NCBI GenBank assembly: GCA_963736335.1
Contig: CAVTOC010000006.1
Coordinates: forward strand, 891,946-955,945
Length of the DNA stretch: 64,000 nucleotides
Source: an uncultured Actinomycetes bacterium
GTDB lineage: Bacteria > Actinomycetota > UBA4738 > HRBIN12
Direction of reading: 5' to 3'
Of this stretch, positions 39,335 to 50,098 are shown in pieces. Both the position numbers and the translations under genes were made by a program. The notes beneath the pieces are model-generated. The model ran no database searches, was not told the origin of the DNA, and saw only the letters and a program-made list of their open reading frames with translations. Each line of letters starts with the position of its first letter. Positions within the stretch are counted from its first letter, which is position 1.

Positions 39335-40383
39335 GCACCCTGACCATGCCCGCCCGGCCGACACCCGACGCGGACCTTCGGCCCGTGCTGTGGCGGAACA
39401 TGGCCTGGGTCACCTGGCGTCAGCACCGGCTCGCGTTCGCCGGCGTCCTCGCACTGTTCGGTGCGGCAGGCGTGTACCTGCTGATCACGGGCCTGCGGAT
39501 GCACCACGCCTACGCAACCGTGAGCGCCTGCCGCCCGGCAAGCTCAGGTATCTGCGTTCAGGTAGCCCACGATTTCTTGGACAGCTACGCGCCCGGCGTC
39601 GGCTACGTCGTTGGTCTGCTGCATGTGATCCCGGCCCTGATAGGAGCGTTCGCCGGGGCGCCCGTGCTCGCCAGGGAGTTCGAGACTGGCACCTTCCGCT
39701 ATACCTGGACCCAGGGCTTCGGGCGCACACGGTGGACCGTCGCCAAACTGACGTCACTCGCGGTCGCAGTCATGATCACCGCCGGAGCGTTCACCGTGCT
39801 GGTCACCTGGTACTACCAGCCGCTCATCGGCGCCGGAGACGACAACGGCGCGCTGTCTCCCGCGATCTTCGACTTACGGGGAGTCACGTTCGTCGCCTGG
39901 ACTCTGGCCGCGTTCGCGATCGGTGCCTTGGCCGGCACCCTCATCCGCCGGGTCATCCCCGCGATGTTCGCCACCATCGCGCTGTGGGCAGGGCTCGCCT
40001 TCGCGACCGGGGCGTACCTGCGGGCACACTACGTGGCGCCACTGCTCACCACGAACCCCAACGTTACTGCTCCTGCATGGGTGATCCGGCAGTGGTGGAC
40101 CCGAGGCGGCAAGCCGGCCAGCTTGGACATGATGAATCACACGCTGGGTGCGGTCGACGTCCAAGCGCTCACCCCGGGTGTGTTCCAACCTGGGCCCGCG
40201 ACCCCGGCCAACTTCGGCGACCCTGTGCACTACCTCATCGCCCACGGCTACGTGCTCCTCACGAGGTACCAACCGGGGAGCCGGTACTGGCCGTTCCAGT
40301 GGATCGAGGCCGGCTGGCTACTCGCCCTCTCCCTTGTCCTCATCACGGCGACCGTTTGGCTGGTCCGCCGCCGTTCGGCCTAG
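39331..40383 (+). CDS. ABC-2 type transporter permease
   Basis: 350 aa, ~6 TM. 4-nt overlap with the ATPase gene. Confidence 0.8.
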
Positions 40384-40464
40384 AGCACTCGCGAGGCTGC
40401 CCAAAGGGTCGACCACGTTCGCCGCGGCGACTCGCCACGCCGAAGCCTCGCAGGTCAGGGACAG

Positions 40465-40548
<84 letters not shown>

Positions 40549-40692
40549 GTGGGGGCGTTCATGGTAGCAAGCCCTGTTCACCGGACCCGCTGAGGCATCG
40601 AGCTGACTACCCCAAACGGCATCGCGTCGTAGTCAGATGGGGTGACTGGTCGAAAAGGGCTGGCCGGCCGATAGACCGCCGATCGCGAGCCG

Positions 40693-41007
40693 ATGAGACT
40701 ACGGCCCATGACAACCAGGGGGCGCACCGATCTCGACACACTGCTCAACGATCTGACCAAGACCGCCTTCGCAGTCCTGGCGGCTTGGTCGCTCTTCGGA
40801 CTGTACGGCACGCTCGGTGGCTACCTGGAGGTCAACCGTCCGGCCACGCTCCGATTCCTGCTCGCGGTTCTCGTGCTGGTTTCTGCCCACCACATCGAGG
40901 TCCGCGTGCGCGAACGGCGCCTTCGTCGGCTCACCCCGGAAGAGCGCTACGGCTTCTTCGGAACTGGTCCGCAGGTCACAACAGAGCCGCAACAGACCGA
41001 CGGGTAG
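40693..41007 (+). CDS. Hypothetical small 2-TM membrane protein
   Basis: Hydrophobic segments and a mixed-composition tail. Weak support. Confidence 0.3.
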   Translation: MRLRPMTTRGRTDLDTLLNDLTKTAFAVLAAWSLFGLYGTLGGYLEVNRPATLRFLLAVLVLVSAHHIEVRVRERRLRRLTPEERYGFFGTGPQVTTEPQQTDG

Positions 41008-41057
41008 AATCGGCCGCGGGAAGCGCAGGGCATGCCTACCTGCGCGAACGTTGCCGC

Positions 41058-41747
41058 GTGCCGATCCTTCGCGAATTCGAACGACGACTCGGTGGTCTGG
41101 TCGAGGGCTTGTTCGCCAAGACCTTCCGCAGCGGCTTGCAGCCGGTCGAGCTCGCCAAGCGCGTCCTCAAGGAGATGGATGCGGGGCGGAGCGTCGGCGT
41201 CTCCGAGGTCTGGGCGCCGAACGCGTTCGTTTTCCGGTTGTCTCCCTCCGACGCGGAGCACTTCGAACAGGCCGAGGCGGCGCTCGTCACGGAGCTCAAG
41301 GAGATCGTCCGTGAGAACGCGTCGGAGCGCGGGTGGGGCCTGGTCGGGCCTCCCGAGATCAAGTTCGAGACCGACCCCCGGCTGAAGAAGGGCGAGTTCC
41401 GCTGCAAGGCCTCGCTCGTCGAGGGCGAGGAGAAGGTCGAGCCCGTCCCGGCGTCCGCGGCGTCGCTGGTCGTCCACGAGGACGGCGAGTCGCGTTCGGT
41501 CGTCCTGGCCTCGGATGTCGTGACGATCGGACGACTGCCCGACTGCGAGGTGACGATCGCCGACAAGGGCGCCTCCCGGCGACACGCCCAGATCCGGGAG
41601 AAGGACGGCTCGTACACCCTGACGGACCTCGGCTCCACGAACGGCACCCGCCTGAACGGACAGACGATCCAGACCCGCCAGCTCTCGGACGGCGATCGCA
41701 TCACGATCGGATCGACGGTGTTGGAGTTCCGGGCGGGCTCGGCATGA
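41058..41747 (+). CDS. fhaA: FhaA-like FHA-domain protein (DUF3662 N-domain plus C-terminal FHA)
   Basis: Only the C-terminal part of track ORF 39390..41747 is protein-like: VPILREFERRLGGLVEGLFAKTFRSG..., ending in an FHA domain (TIGRLPDCEVTIADKGASRRHAQI...GSTNGTRLNGQ). GTG at 41058. Confidence 0.75.
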   Translation: MPILREFERRLGGLVEGLFAKTFRSGLQPVELAKRVLKEMDAGRSVGVSEVWAPNAFVFRLSPSDAEHFEQAEAALVTELKEIVRENASERGWGLVGPPEIKFETDPRLKKGEFRCKASLVEGEEKVEPVPASAASLVVHEDGESRSVVLASDVVTIGRLPDCEVTIADKGASRRHAQIREKDGSYTLTDLGSTNGTRLNGQTIQTRQLSDGDRITIGSTVLEFRAGSA

Positions 41748-42193
41748 CGCCCTTCGCGCTCTCGGCGCTCAAGTACGGTCTGTTCGCGCTGCTGTTCCTG
41801 TTCGTCTGGCGCTCGATGCGCTGGGCGGTGCGCGGACTGACGGTGGAACCCGCGCCGTCCGGACGGAAGGCGCGCAAGGGAGGCGGCGCCGTTCCCGTAC
41901 CGACCGGCCCCTCGTCGGTCGTCGTACACCCGCCGGAGGGCAAACCGCGCACGGTCAAGATCGGCCCCAGCCTGACGATCGGCCGCGCACCCGAGTGCGA
42001 GCTGATGATCGAGGACACGTACGCGTCCTCACAGCACGCGCGGATCTTCGGCAAGAACGGCACGTGGTACGTCGAGGACCTCGGATCAACGAACGGCACG
42101 TTCGTGAACGATCAGAAGCTCGCCGCGCCGGCCATGGTGCAACCGGGCGACAAGATCCGCGTCGGCACGACCGTCCTGGAGCTCCGTCGATGA
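41744..42193 (+). CDS. fhaB: FhaB/FipA-like membrane FHA-domain protein
   Basis: N-terminal TM (LKYGLFALLFLFVW) plus FHA (TIGRAPECELMIEDTYASSQHARI...GSTNGTFVND). ATGA overlap with fhaA. Confidence 0.85.
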   Translation: MTPFALSALKYGLFALLFLFVWRSMRWAVRGLTVEPAPSGRKARKGGGAVPVPTGPSSVVVHPPEGKPRTVKIGPSLTIGRAPECELMIEDTYASSQHARIFGKNGTWYVEDLGSTNGTFVNDQKLAAPAMVQPGDKIRVGTTVLELRR

Positions 42194-43350
42194 GGGTGGT
42201 CGTCGGGGTGGCAACGGACATCGGGCGCGTGCGTGAACGCAACGAGGACTCGTACCTGGTGGAACCGCCCCTCTACGCCGTGGCCGACGGGATGGGCGGC
42301 GCACGCGGCGGCGCCGTCGCGTCGAGCATGGCGTTGGACAAGCTGGAGGAGCTGTTCCGCGGAGGGAAGACGTCGCTCGCCGACATGATCCGCTCAGCCA
42401 ACCGCGCCGTCTTCGAACGTTCGATCTCCGACCGCAAGGTCTCCGGGATGGGCACCACGCTCACCGCCACCACGGTCGACGAGCAAGGCGCGCACCTCGG
42501 CCACGTCGGCGACAGCCGCGCCTACCTCTTGCGGGCGGGCGCACTGCGCCAGCTCACGGACGACCACACCCTCGTCAACCGCATGGTGAAGGCGGGCGAG
42601 ATCACGCCTCAAGAGGCGGGCACGCATCCGCACCGCAACGTCCTGACGCGCAGCATCGGCACCGAGCCCGAAGTGGTGGTCGACGAGAACGACGTTCCCC
42701 TCATCGACGGCGACCGCTTGCTGCTCTGCAGCGACGGCCTGACGGGCATGGTCACCGAACCCCAGATCCAAGCCATCCTCGAAACGACGCCAGATCCGCA
42801 GGAAGCGGCGGACCGCCTGATCAAAGCCGCCAACCGAGCCGGCGGCATCGACAACATCACGGTGGTCATCCTCGACATCCACGAGGGCAGCGAAGCGGCC
42901 GTCGTAGACCGTGAAAGAGGGGCCGCGGCGTCGCGGAGTGCCGACCCTGAGGAGCGGAGCCGCGAAGCGGCGAGCACCGCAATAGTCGGCACGCAGCGAC
43001 GTCGCCGCCCGTCTTCGGCGTCCATCAAACGATGGGGGATCCGGATCGGCGTCGTCGTCGTCGCGGCGCTGGCGGTCTTCTTCGCGGTTCGTGTCTACAT
43101 CGATCGGCAGTGGTATGTGGGAGAGGCGGATGGCAAGGTCGCTGTGTTCCAAGGGATCCCCGCGAGCGTCGGTGGATTCACGTTCTCGCACGTGGCGCTC
43201 GAGACGGACATACCCGCCGCCGATGTCGCGAAGCTGCCCCAGTACCCGGCGCTCGCGGACGGGATCACGGCGAACGATCGCACGGAGGCGTTGGCGGTCG
43301 TCGAGCAGATCCGGAGCGATCTCGCGGCAGCGGCCGCAAGCGGACCATGA
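42190..43350 (+). CDS. pstP: PP2C-family Ser/Thr phosphatase with C-terminal TM
   Basis: VATDIGRVRERNEDSY, AVADGMGG, LLLCSDGL, GGIDNITVVILD. ATGA overlap. Confidence 0.9.
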   Translation: MRVVVGVATDIGRVRERNEDSYLVEPPLYAVADGMGGARGGAVASSMALDKLEELFRGGKTSLADMIRSANRAVFERSISDRKVSGMGTTLTATTVDEQGAHLGHVGDSRAYLLRAGALRQLTDDHTLVNRMVKAGEITPQEAGTHPHRNVLTRSIGTEPEVVVDENDVPLIDGDRLLLCSDGLTGMVTEPQIQAILETTPDPQEAADRLIKAANRAGGIDNITVVILDIHEGSEAAVVDRERGAAASRSADPEERSREAASTAIVGTQRRRRPSSASIKRWGIRIGVVVVAALAVFFAVRVYIDRQWYVGEADGKVAVFQGIPASVGGFTFSHVALETDIPAADVAKLPQYPALADGITANDRTEALAVVEQIRSDLAAAAASGP

Positions 43351-44651
43351 GCCGGACGGTCACCACCGAAGGCCCGTCGCGCGTATCCAGTGGGATCTGG
43401 TTGCTGGTGTTGGCGCTCACGGCGGGCATCGTCGCGTACGCGCTGGTGGGGCTGGGCAAGCACGGCCGGGTGCCGCCGAGCATCGAGTTGTACGGCTCGC
43501 TGATCGCGGCGGGGTTCATCGGAACATGGTTCGCGGTGCGGAGGTTCGCGCGACGGGCGGACCCAGTCCTGTTGCCGGCCGCCGCGCTGCTTTCCGCGCT
43601 CGGGTTCGCGGTGATCTGGCGCCTGAAACCGGACCTCGCCGTCGAGCAGGTCGTGTGGCTGGGTGTCGGATTGGTCGCGTTCGTGCTGACGCTCGTGCTC
43701 GTGCGCGACGATCGGATGCTCGACGCCTACACGTACACGATCGGGCTCGCGGGCCTGGTGTTGCTGCTGCTGCCGGTCGTCCCCGGGATCGGCCGCACGA
43801 TCAACGGGGCCAGGCTCTGGGTGGCGTTCGGACCACTCTCGTTCCAGCCCGCGGAGTTCGGCAAGGTGTTGATCGTCATCTTCCTGGCGTCGTACCTGGC
43901 GGACAAACGCGAGATGCTGGCCGCCGGCTCCGGCAGGTTCTCGTTGCCGCGCGCCAAGGACCTGGGCCCGCTGCTGATCGCGTGGGTGACATCGCTCGCG
44001 GTCCTATTCCTAGAGAAGGACCTAGGGGCATCGCTCCTGTATTTCGCCGTCTTCGTGGTGATGCTCTGGGTGGCGAGCGGTCGCCCGATGTACCTCGTCG
44101 TGGGATTCGTGCTCTTCGTGGTCGGCGCGTGGGTCGGCTACCTGGCGCTGGGACACGTGCAGCTTCGCGTCAGCTACTGGCTGCACGCGCTCGATCCGTC
44201 GAAGGTCTACCAACTCGGATACGGACAGCTCGCGCAGGGGTGGTTCGGACTGGCATCCGGCGGGATCGTCGGGACCGGGCTCGGGCAGGGCTCGCCCACG
44301 TTGATCCCGTACGCCCCCACCGACTTCATCTTCGCGGCGATCGGTGAAGAGCTCGGATTGCTCGGCACCGCCGCGGTGCTGTTGACCTACCTGGCGCTGA
44401 TCGGGCGGAGCCTGCGGATCGGCATCGAGCGGACCGACGCGTTCGGCAAGCTCCTGGCGACCGGTCTTACGACGATCGTCGCGGTCCAGACGTTCGTGAT
44501 CGTCGGCGGTGTGACCCGGTTGATCCCCCTGACGGGTATCACGCTGCCGTTCGTGTCGTACGGCGGGTCGAGCCTGGTCGCGAACTTCGTGATCCTGGCG
44601 CTCCTGATCCGCGTGTCCGCCGGGCCGTGGTCGCGGAAGGTCTCCACGTGA
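43347..44651 (+). CDS. rodA: SEDS-family peptidoglycan glycosyltransferase RodA/FtsW
   Basis: 10-TM protein. FQPAEFGKVLIVIFLASYL, GYGQLAQGWFGLASGG motifs. ATGA overlap with pstP. Confidence 0.9.
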   Translation: MSRTVTTEGPSRVSSGIWLLVLALTAGIVAYALVGLGKHGRVPPSIELYGSLIAAGFIGTWFAVRRFARRADPVLLPAAALLSALGFAVIWRLKPDLAVEQVVWLGVGLVAFVLTLVLVRDDRMLDAYTYTIGLAGLVLLLLPVVPGIGRTINGARLWVAFGPLSFQPAEFGKVLIVIFLASYLADKREMLAAGSGRFSLPRAKDLGPLLIAWVTSLAVLFLEKDLGASLLYFAVFVVMLWVASGRPMYLVVGFVLFVVGAWVGYLALGHVQLRVSYWLHALDPSKVYQLGYGQLAQGWFGLASGGIVGTGLGQGSPTLIPYAPTDFIFAAIGEELGLLGTAAVLLTYLALIGRSLRIGIERTDAFGKLLATGLTTIVAVQTFVIVGGVTRLIPLTGITLPFVSYGGSSLVANFVILALLIRVSAGPWSRKVST

Positions 44652-46174
44652 ACCGGCGCATCCGCCGGCTGGGGATCGGTCTCGTCGCCCTGTTCGGCCT
44701 GCTGTTCATGCAGGTGTCCTACATCCAGGTCTTCGCCGCGAACGGGATCGCCGGCAACCCCGCCAACGCGCGCCGCCAGATCATCGCTGAGTACAAGGTG
44801 GAGCGCGGGCAGATCATCACCGCCGACGGGACCGTGGTCGCGCTCAGCACACCGACCGGCGCGAACGCGAGCCTGCGATACGTGCGGCACTACCCACAGG
44901 GCCCGCTGTTCGCCGGCATCACCGGCTACTACTCGCAGGTCTACGGCCGGACCGAGCTGGAAGAGGCCATGAACAGCTACCTGTCGGGCGACGCGCCGGA
45001 GCTCGCGGGCTCGACGCTCGCCGACCTGGTGCTGGGGCGGCCGAAGAAGGGCGGCCACGTCATCACCACGATCGACGCGCGTCTGCAGCAGGTGGCGTCC
45101 GAAGCGCTCGGCACGCAACCCGGAGCGGTCGTGGCGCTCGATCCACGCAGCGGCGACATCCTCGCGATGGTTTCGAACCCGACGTTCGACCCGAACGAGC
45201 TGTCGTCGCAAGATCCCGCCGCGGTCCAGGAGGCGTGGAAACGCCTGAACGCCGATCCGCGAACACCCCTGCTCTCCCGTGCCAACGACGAGCTCTTCCC
45301 GCCGGGGTCGACGTTCAAGATGGTCACGGCCTCCGCGGCGCTCGAGAACGGCTACGGACTGGACAGCACCTGGCCCAACCCCCACGAGCTTGACCTGCCG
45401 CTCACGAACGAGACCATCCAGAACTTCGGCGGCGAATCGTGTCCGGGCGGCGCGACCACGAACCTCCTCACCGCATTCACCGATTCATGCAACGTGATCT
45501 TCGGCGAGGTGGGATTGAAGCTCGGCGCGCAGGAGCTGGCCGACCAGGCGCACGCGTTCGGGTTCTGCCCGACCGACCCGCCGGGCCAGACCGGCTGCAT
45601 CGAACCGACGATCCCATTCGTGATCCCGTTCGCGACGGGGCGCTTCCCGGTCGCGAGCTACTTCGAGGGGAACGAGCCCCTCGTCGCCATCTCGGCGATC
45701 GGCCAGGACAACGACCTGGCCAACCCGTTGCAGATGGCGCTCGTCGCCTCGGCGATCGCCAACGGCGGCGAGATGATGAACCCCCGGCTCGTGACGGAGA
45801 TCCGGGATCCACAGGGCCGGATCATCAAGACGTTCCCTCCGCGGCCGTACGGGCGGCCCATCTCGGAGTCCACCGCCGCCGACATGCGGACCATGATGGT
45901 GAACGTCGTGACGAGCGGAACCGGCACCGCCGCACAGATCCCCGGCGTGGTGGTGGCGGGCAAGACCGGGACCGCGCAGCACGGTGGGTCCGGCACCGCC
46001 CCGCACGCGTGGTTCGTCTGCTTCGCGCCGGCGGGGCCGGGCCAGGTCCCCACGATCGCGGTCGCGGTTATCGTCTTGGACGGCGGCGACCTCGGGAGCG
46101 AGGCCACCGGAGGTCAGGTGGCGGCGCCGATCGCGAAGCAGGTCCTCGAGGCGTACCTCGGGATCACGGGATGA
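44648..46174 (+). CDS. pbpA: Class B penicillin-binding protein (transpeptidase)
   Basis: STFK, SCN-like and KTGT motifs. Start is GTG at 44648 (GTGA overlap with rodA) or GTG at 44627. Confidence 0.9.
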   Translation: MNRRIRRLGIGLVALFGLLFMQVSYIQVFAANGIAGNPANARRQIIAEYKVERGQIITADGTVVALSTPTGANASLRYVRHYPQGPLFAGITGYYSQVYGRTELEEAMNSYLSGDAPELAGSTLADLVLGRPKKGGHVITTIDARLQQVASEALGTQPGAVVALDPRSGDILAMVSNPTFDPNELSSQDPAAVQEAWKRLNADPRTPLLSRANDELFPPGSTFKMVTASAALENGYGLDSTWPNPHELDLPLTNETIQNFGGESCPGGATTNLLTAFTDSCNVIFGEVGLKLGAQELADQAHAFGFCPTDPPGQTGCIEPTIPFVIPFATGRFPVASYFEGNEPLVAISAIGQDNDLANPLQMALVASAIANGGEMMNPRLVTEIRDPQGRIIKTFPPRPYGRPISESTAADMRTMMVNVVTSGTGTAAQIPGVVVAGKTGTAQHGGSGTAPHAWFVCFAPAGPGQVPTIAVAVIVLDGGDLGSEATGGQVAAPIAKQVLEAYLGITG

Positions 46175-46187
46175 GGGAAGGGACGGT

Positions 46188-47879
46188 TTGAGCGCATCGG
46201 AGCTGGGCGGCCGCTACCGGGTGGAAGCCCGGATCGGTTCCGGTGGCATGGGCGAGGTGTACCGCGGCGTCGACACCGTGCTCGACCGAACCGTCGCCAT
46301 CAAGATCCTGCTCCCGCAGTTCGCCCGCGACGCGAACTTCGTCGACCGGTTCCGGCGGGAGGCGCAGGCCGCCGCCCGACTGAACCACCCCAACCTGGTC
46401 GGCATCTACGACTCCGGCGCCGACGGCGAGACGCAGTTCATCGTCATGGAGTTCATCGAGGGCCGGACGCTCGAGGACTTCATGAGCTCCGGCGGGCGCT
46501 TCGATGTCGGCCACGCCGTGGAGGTCGCCGAGAAGATCTGTGAGGCGCTCGCGTACGCGCACGTGGCCGGCGTGATCCACCGCGACATCAAGCCGGCCAA
46601 CGTCATGGTCACGCGCCAGGGCGAGGTCAAGGTCATGGACTTCGGCATCGCCCGGATCGTCGCCGGGCCGCAGACGGCGCCGCAGACGTCGGCCGTGCTC
46701 GGCACCGCCGCGTACATCTCCCCGGAGCAGGCGCAGGGCCAGCCGGTGGACGGTCGGAGCGACATCTATTCGCTCGGCGCCGTGCTCTACGAGATGTTGA
46801 CCGGACGGCCGCCGTTCACCGGCGACTCCCCCGTGGCCGTGGCGTACAAGCAGGTGAACGAATCGCCGGTGCTCCCGTCGATCGCCAACCCCGAGGTCAC
46901 GCCGCTGCTCGACGCGGTGCTGATGCGCGCGCTGGCGAAGAACCCCGCGAACCGCTACCAGACGGCCGACGAGTTCCGCGCGGACCTGGAGCGCGCGCGG
47001 CTCGGTCAGGACGTGCTGGCCACGCCGCTCATGCCGGCCGGAGGGGACGCCACGCAGGTGATCAGTCGACCGCAGGCAACGGCCATCCTCCCTCCACAGG
47101 AATCGCCCCCCGGAAGTGGCCGGAAGGTGTGGCTGGGCGTGTTGATCGGCATCATCGCGGTCGCCGTCCTCGCGGGAGCCGGGTACCTCCTGGCACAGGG
47201 CCTGCTCGGCAACAAGGACGACACCACGACACCGGTGCCCGTCCCGACCGTGATCGGCTTCACCCAGGATCGAGCGATCCAGGAATTGGAAAGTGTCCAC
47301 CTGAAGGCAGCCGTGAAGACCAAGGTGAGCGCCACGGTGAAGCCGGGGCGCGTGGTCGACCAGGACCCGGTGGCGGGCACGACCCTGGCTCCCGGCAGCA
47401 CCGTCACCATCTTCGTGGCGAAGGCGCCGCCGACGGTCGTCGTCCCCACGTTCACCGGCCTCACGCTCGACGCGGCGCAGACGCTGGCGGACGCCAACCA
47501 CCTGGTGTTGCGACCGACCGATGGGGTGAGCGACACGGTGCCGGTCGGCAGCATCATCAGCCAGGACCCGGCGCCGGGAGGCGACGTGCAGGTGGGGAGC
47601 GAGGTGGCGGTCGTCGTGTCGGCTCCGCCGGCTACGGTCACGGTCGATGACGTCACCTGTCTGTCGTTCGGCGCCGCGAAGGCCGCGCTCCGCGACCAAG
47701 GCCTGGTGGCCGCGCTCGGCGGCACCGCACCGTTGCTTCCCCAATGCCCCAACCCCAACCGCATCGCCATGCAGGATCCTGCGGCCGGAGCCACGGTCGA
47801 TGTGGGAAGCACCGTGACCCTGTTCACGGGGGAGGCCGGGACGCCCACGGGTCCGACGGGACCGTCGGGGCCGACGTGA
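46188..47879 (+). CDS. pknB: Ser/Thr protein kinase with 3 extracellular PASTA domains
   Basis: Kinase motifs (GSGGMGEVY, VAIK, HRDIKPANV, DFGIA). TM segment and PASTA repeats. Probable TTG start at 46188 after GGGAAGGGA. The upstream track extension is Arg/Ser junk. Confidence 0.9.
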   Translation: MSASELGGRYRVEARIGSGGMGEVYRGVDTVLDRTVAIKILLPQFARDANFVDRFRREAQAAARLNHPNLVGIYDSGADGETQFIVMEFIEGRTLEDFMSSGGRFDVGHAVEVAEKICEALAYAHVAGVIHRDIKPANVMVTRQGEVKVMDFGIARIVAGPQTAPQTSAVLGTAAYISPEQAQGQPVDGRSDIYSLGAVLYEMLTGRPPFTGDSPVAVAYKQVNESPVLPSIANPEVTPLLDAVLMRALAKNPANRYQTADEFRADLERARLGQDVLATPLMPAGGDATQVISRPQATAILPPQESPPGSGRKVWLGVLIGIIAVAVLAGAGYLLAQGLLGNKDDTTTPVPVPTVIGFTQDRAIQELESVHLKAAVKTKVSATVKPGRVVDQDPVAGTTLAPGSTVTIFVAKAPPTVVVPTFTGLTLDAAQTLADANHLVLRPTDGVSDTVPVGSIISQDPAPGGDVQVGSEVAVVVSAPPATVTVDDVTCLSFGAAKAALRDQGLVAALGGTAPLLPQCPNPNRIAMQDPAAGATVDVGSTVTLFTGEAGTPTGPTGPSGPT

Positions 47880-49479
47880 CGATCTGGTACGCGCCCGAGA
47901 CGTTCACTCCCGAGGAACGCTCGATCCTCGCAGCGCCACTTCACGAACCTCGACGGTCCGGTGTTCGCGCTCACGAACCTCCCGGAGGTGGTGAAGGGCG
48001 CCTTGTTCGCCCGGTACTCGCGGACGAAGAAGTCGCTCCGTCGCCTCTTCCTGGACGAGTTCGCCGAAGACGTGGGCGCGACCGGCGAGCTGACGCGCGC
48101 CGGGGAGGCGCGCGCGGAACAGCTCTACGAGCGGGTGTTCGTGGAGTACGGCGACGACTCGGTGGCGCAGCTGGGAGGCGTGCACCTGGCGTGCGAGCAG
48201 GCGTCGCAGCTGCTGTGCAAGGCGCTGGAGTGGGGACGGCTGGCCGCCTACCTGGAGCAGTCGACGCGATACATGCGCTACGACGACACACCCGGCGGTG
48301 CCTGGCGGGCGACGATCCCCCCCGAGATCATCGGTGACCCGATGGAACAGCGGTTCCGCGCGTACCTCGATTCGGCGTTCGCAGCCTACGGGCGGATGTA
48401 CGAGCCGCTGGAGTCCTACTTCATGGAACGGTTCCCGAAGGAGGACGGCGACACCGACTTCGTCTATCGATCGACGATCCTGGCCAAGACGTGCGACACC
48501 TTGCGGCTGCTCCTGCCGGCTGCGACCCGTTCGAACCTGGGGATCTACGCGACCGGACAGTCCTACGAGCAGCTCCTGATGCGATTGGCCGCGCACCCGC
48601 TCGCCGAGATGCGCGAGTACGGAGCGTTGATGCTCGTGGAGCTCCGGAAGGTGATCCCGGCGTTCCTCACGCGCGTCGACGTGGACGAGCGTGGACGCGC
48701 CTGGACCACGTACTGGCGTGAGACCCGCGAGACCGTGCACGACGTGACGGCGAAGGCGTTGACAGGGATCGATCCCGAACCGCGGCCGGAGGTCACGCTC
48801 ACCGACTGGGACCCCGACGGCGAGATCAAGGTTGTCGCCGCCGCCCTGTACGCGCAGAGCGACCTCCCGGACGACCAGCTCCTCACGATCGCGCGCGAGC
48901 TGACGCCTGAACGACGCGGCGAGGTCCTGGCAGCGACGGTGGGCGATCGGGGCAACCGCCGGCACAAGCCCGGGCGAGCGTGGGAGCGAACGGATTACCG
49001 CTTCGACGTGTGCTGCGACTTCGGAGCGTTCCGCGACCTCCAACGGCACCGGCCACTGACGATCGAATGGCAGCGCCTCACCACGGAACACGGGTTCGAC
49101 ACGCCGGCCGCGATCGACGACGCGGGGGTACGGAGCGAGTGGGATCTGGCCATGGAGGCGAGCGCCGTCATGGAACGCGAGCTCCGGGACGCGGGGCTCG
49201 AGTGACGCCTCGCAGTACGCCGTGGCCATGGCGTACCGCATCCGGTTCGTCATGCAGATGAACGCGCGCGAGGCGATGCACCTGACGGAGCTCCGTTCGC
49301 AACCACAGGGGCATCCGACGTACCGGCGGGTGGCCCAAGAGATGCACCGGCTGATCGCCGATGTGCACCCGACGCTGGGCGCCGCGTTCACCTACGTCAG
49401 CCACGAGGACGTCGACCTCGAACGCCTGGAGGCGGAACGCCGGACCGAGGTCAAGCGCAACGCCCTCGGTCAGAACTGA
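47876..49479 (+). CDS. Thy1/ThyX-like domain protein apparently split over three reading frames (47876-~47940, 47961-49205, 49222-49479)
   Basis: Main ORF has FARYSRTKKS and DLQRHRPLTIEWQRLT, which resemble the two ThyX signature motifs. A protein-like N-terminus VTIWYAPETFTPEERSILAAP follows a GTG overlapping the pknB stop, in frame +2. The 85-aa ORF at 49222 (AYRIRFVMQMNAREAMHLTELR) resembles the ThyX C-terminal helix region. Confidence 0.5.
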
Positions 49480-49489
49480 AGAGCGGACG

Positions 49490-49957
49490 TCACCAGCCCT
49501 GCGTGCACTCCGTCGTCGTGTCGACGTCGGTGAAGATCGTGCTCTGGCCCCGCGAGGTGAGCGGGCTCCCCGGCACCTGGGCGATGCAGAAGTACGTGCC
49601 GGTCGCCGACTGTTCGATCAGCAGGACCGAGTCACCCACGGCGGTCTGGATGTCGATCTGCGTGCCGGTGGGCGTGGTGGCAACAGGGCCCCAGTTCAAG
49701 CCGTTCTCGATCGCTTGCGCCGCGGGCACATCGAAGTTGGTGAACTTCTGGGCGGTCGCGTAGTACGTGGACGCGGCGAGATAGCCGTTGCGAAGGTCGG
49801 CTTGCGCGGCGCGGTCCTGAGCGCGGGTCCGGGCACCGAGGAAGGTGGGAAGTGCGATGGCGATCAGGATGCCGATGATGAGCACCACCACCATGAGCTC
49901 GATGAGCGTGAATCCCGCTTCTTGGTCCCCGCGCCGCTGCGCGGGGTATGTGGACAT
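49490..49957 (-). CDS. Type IV pilin / pseudopilin-like protein (prepilin N-terminal methylation domain)
   Basis: Internal ATG gives MSTYPAQRRGDQEAGFTLIELMVVVLIIGILIAIALP, a class III signal. 155 aa, C-terminal Cys. Confidence 0.75.
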   Translation of the reverse strand: MSTYPAQRRGDQEAGFTLIELMVVVLIIGILIAIALPTFLGARTRAQDRAAQADLRNGYLAASTYYATAQKFTNFDVPAAQAIENGLNWGPVATTPTGTQIDIQTAVGDSVLLIEQSATGTYFCIAQVPGSPLTSRGQSTIFTDVDTTTECTQGW

Positions 49958-50098
49958 CTTGGGCCGGGCTCCTTCCTGAGGATGACGGACGATCCGTCCT
50001 GAAGGACTTGTCGGCACGCCCCGGCCCGACCTTGAAGATGTGTTGCCTCCCAACCCCGCAGGTCAAGGCGTCCGAGGCCTCGTGTACCCTGTCGGACT

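Noticed and set aside
41036-41929. 297-aa minus-strand ORF and neighbours (40947..41585, 41032..41385)
   Set aside because: Antisense or alternate frame of fhaA/fhaB. Ser/Arg-rich.
47006-47974. 322-aa minus-strand ORF, and 46164..47744 minus
   Set aside because: Antisense to pknB. No domains.
49195-49215. prfB-style programmed +1 frameshift at GAG-TGA-C in the ThyX-like gene
   Set aside because: The P-site codon GAG is not slippery onto AGU. No internal Shine-Dalgarno at the right spacing. A second independent shift in the same gene makes indel error or decay more parsimonious.
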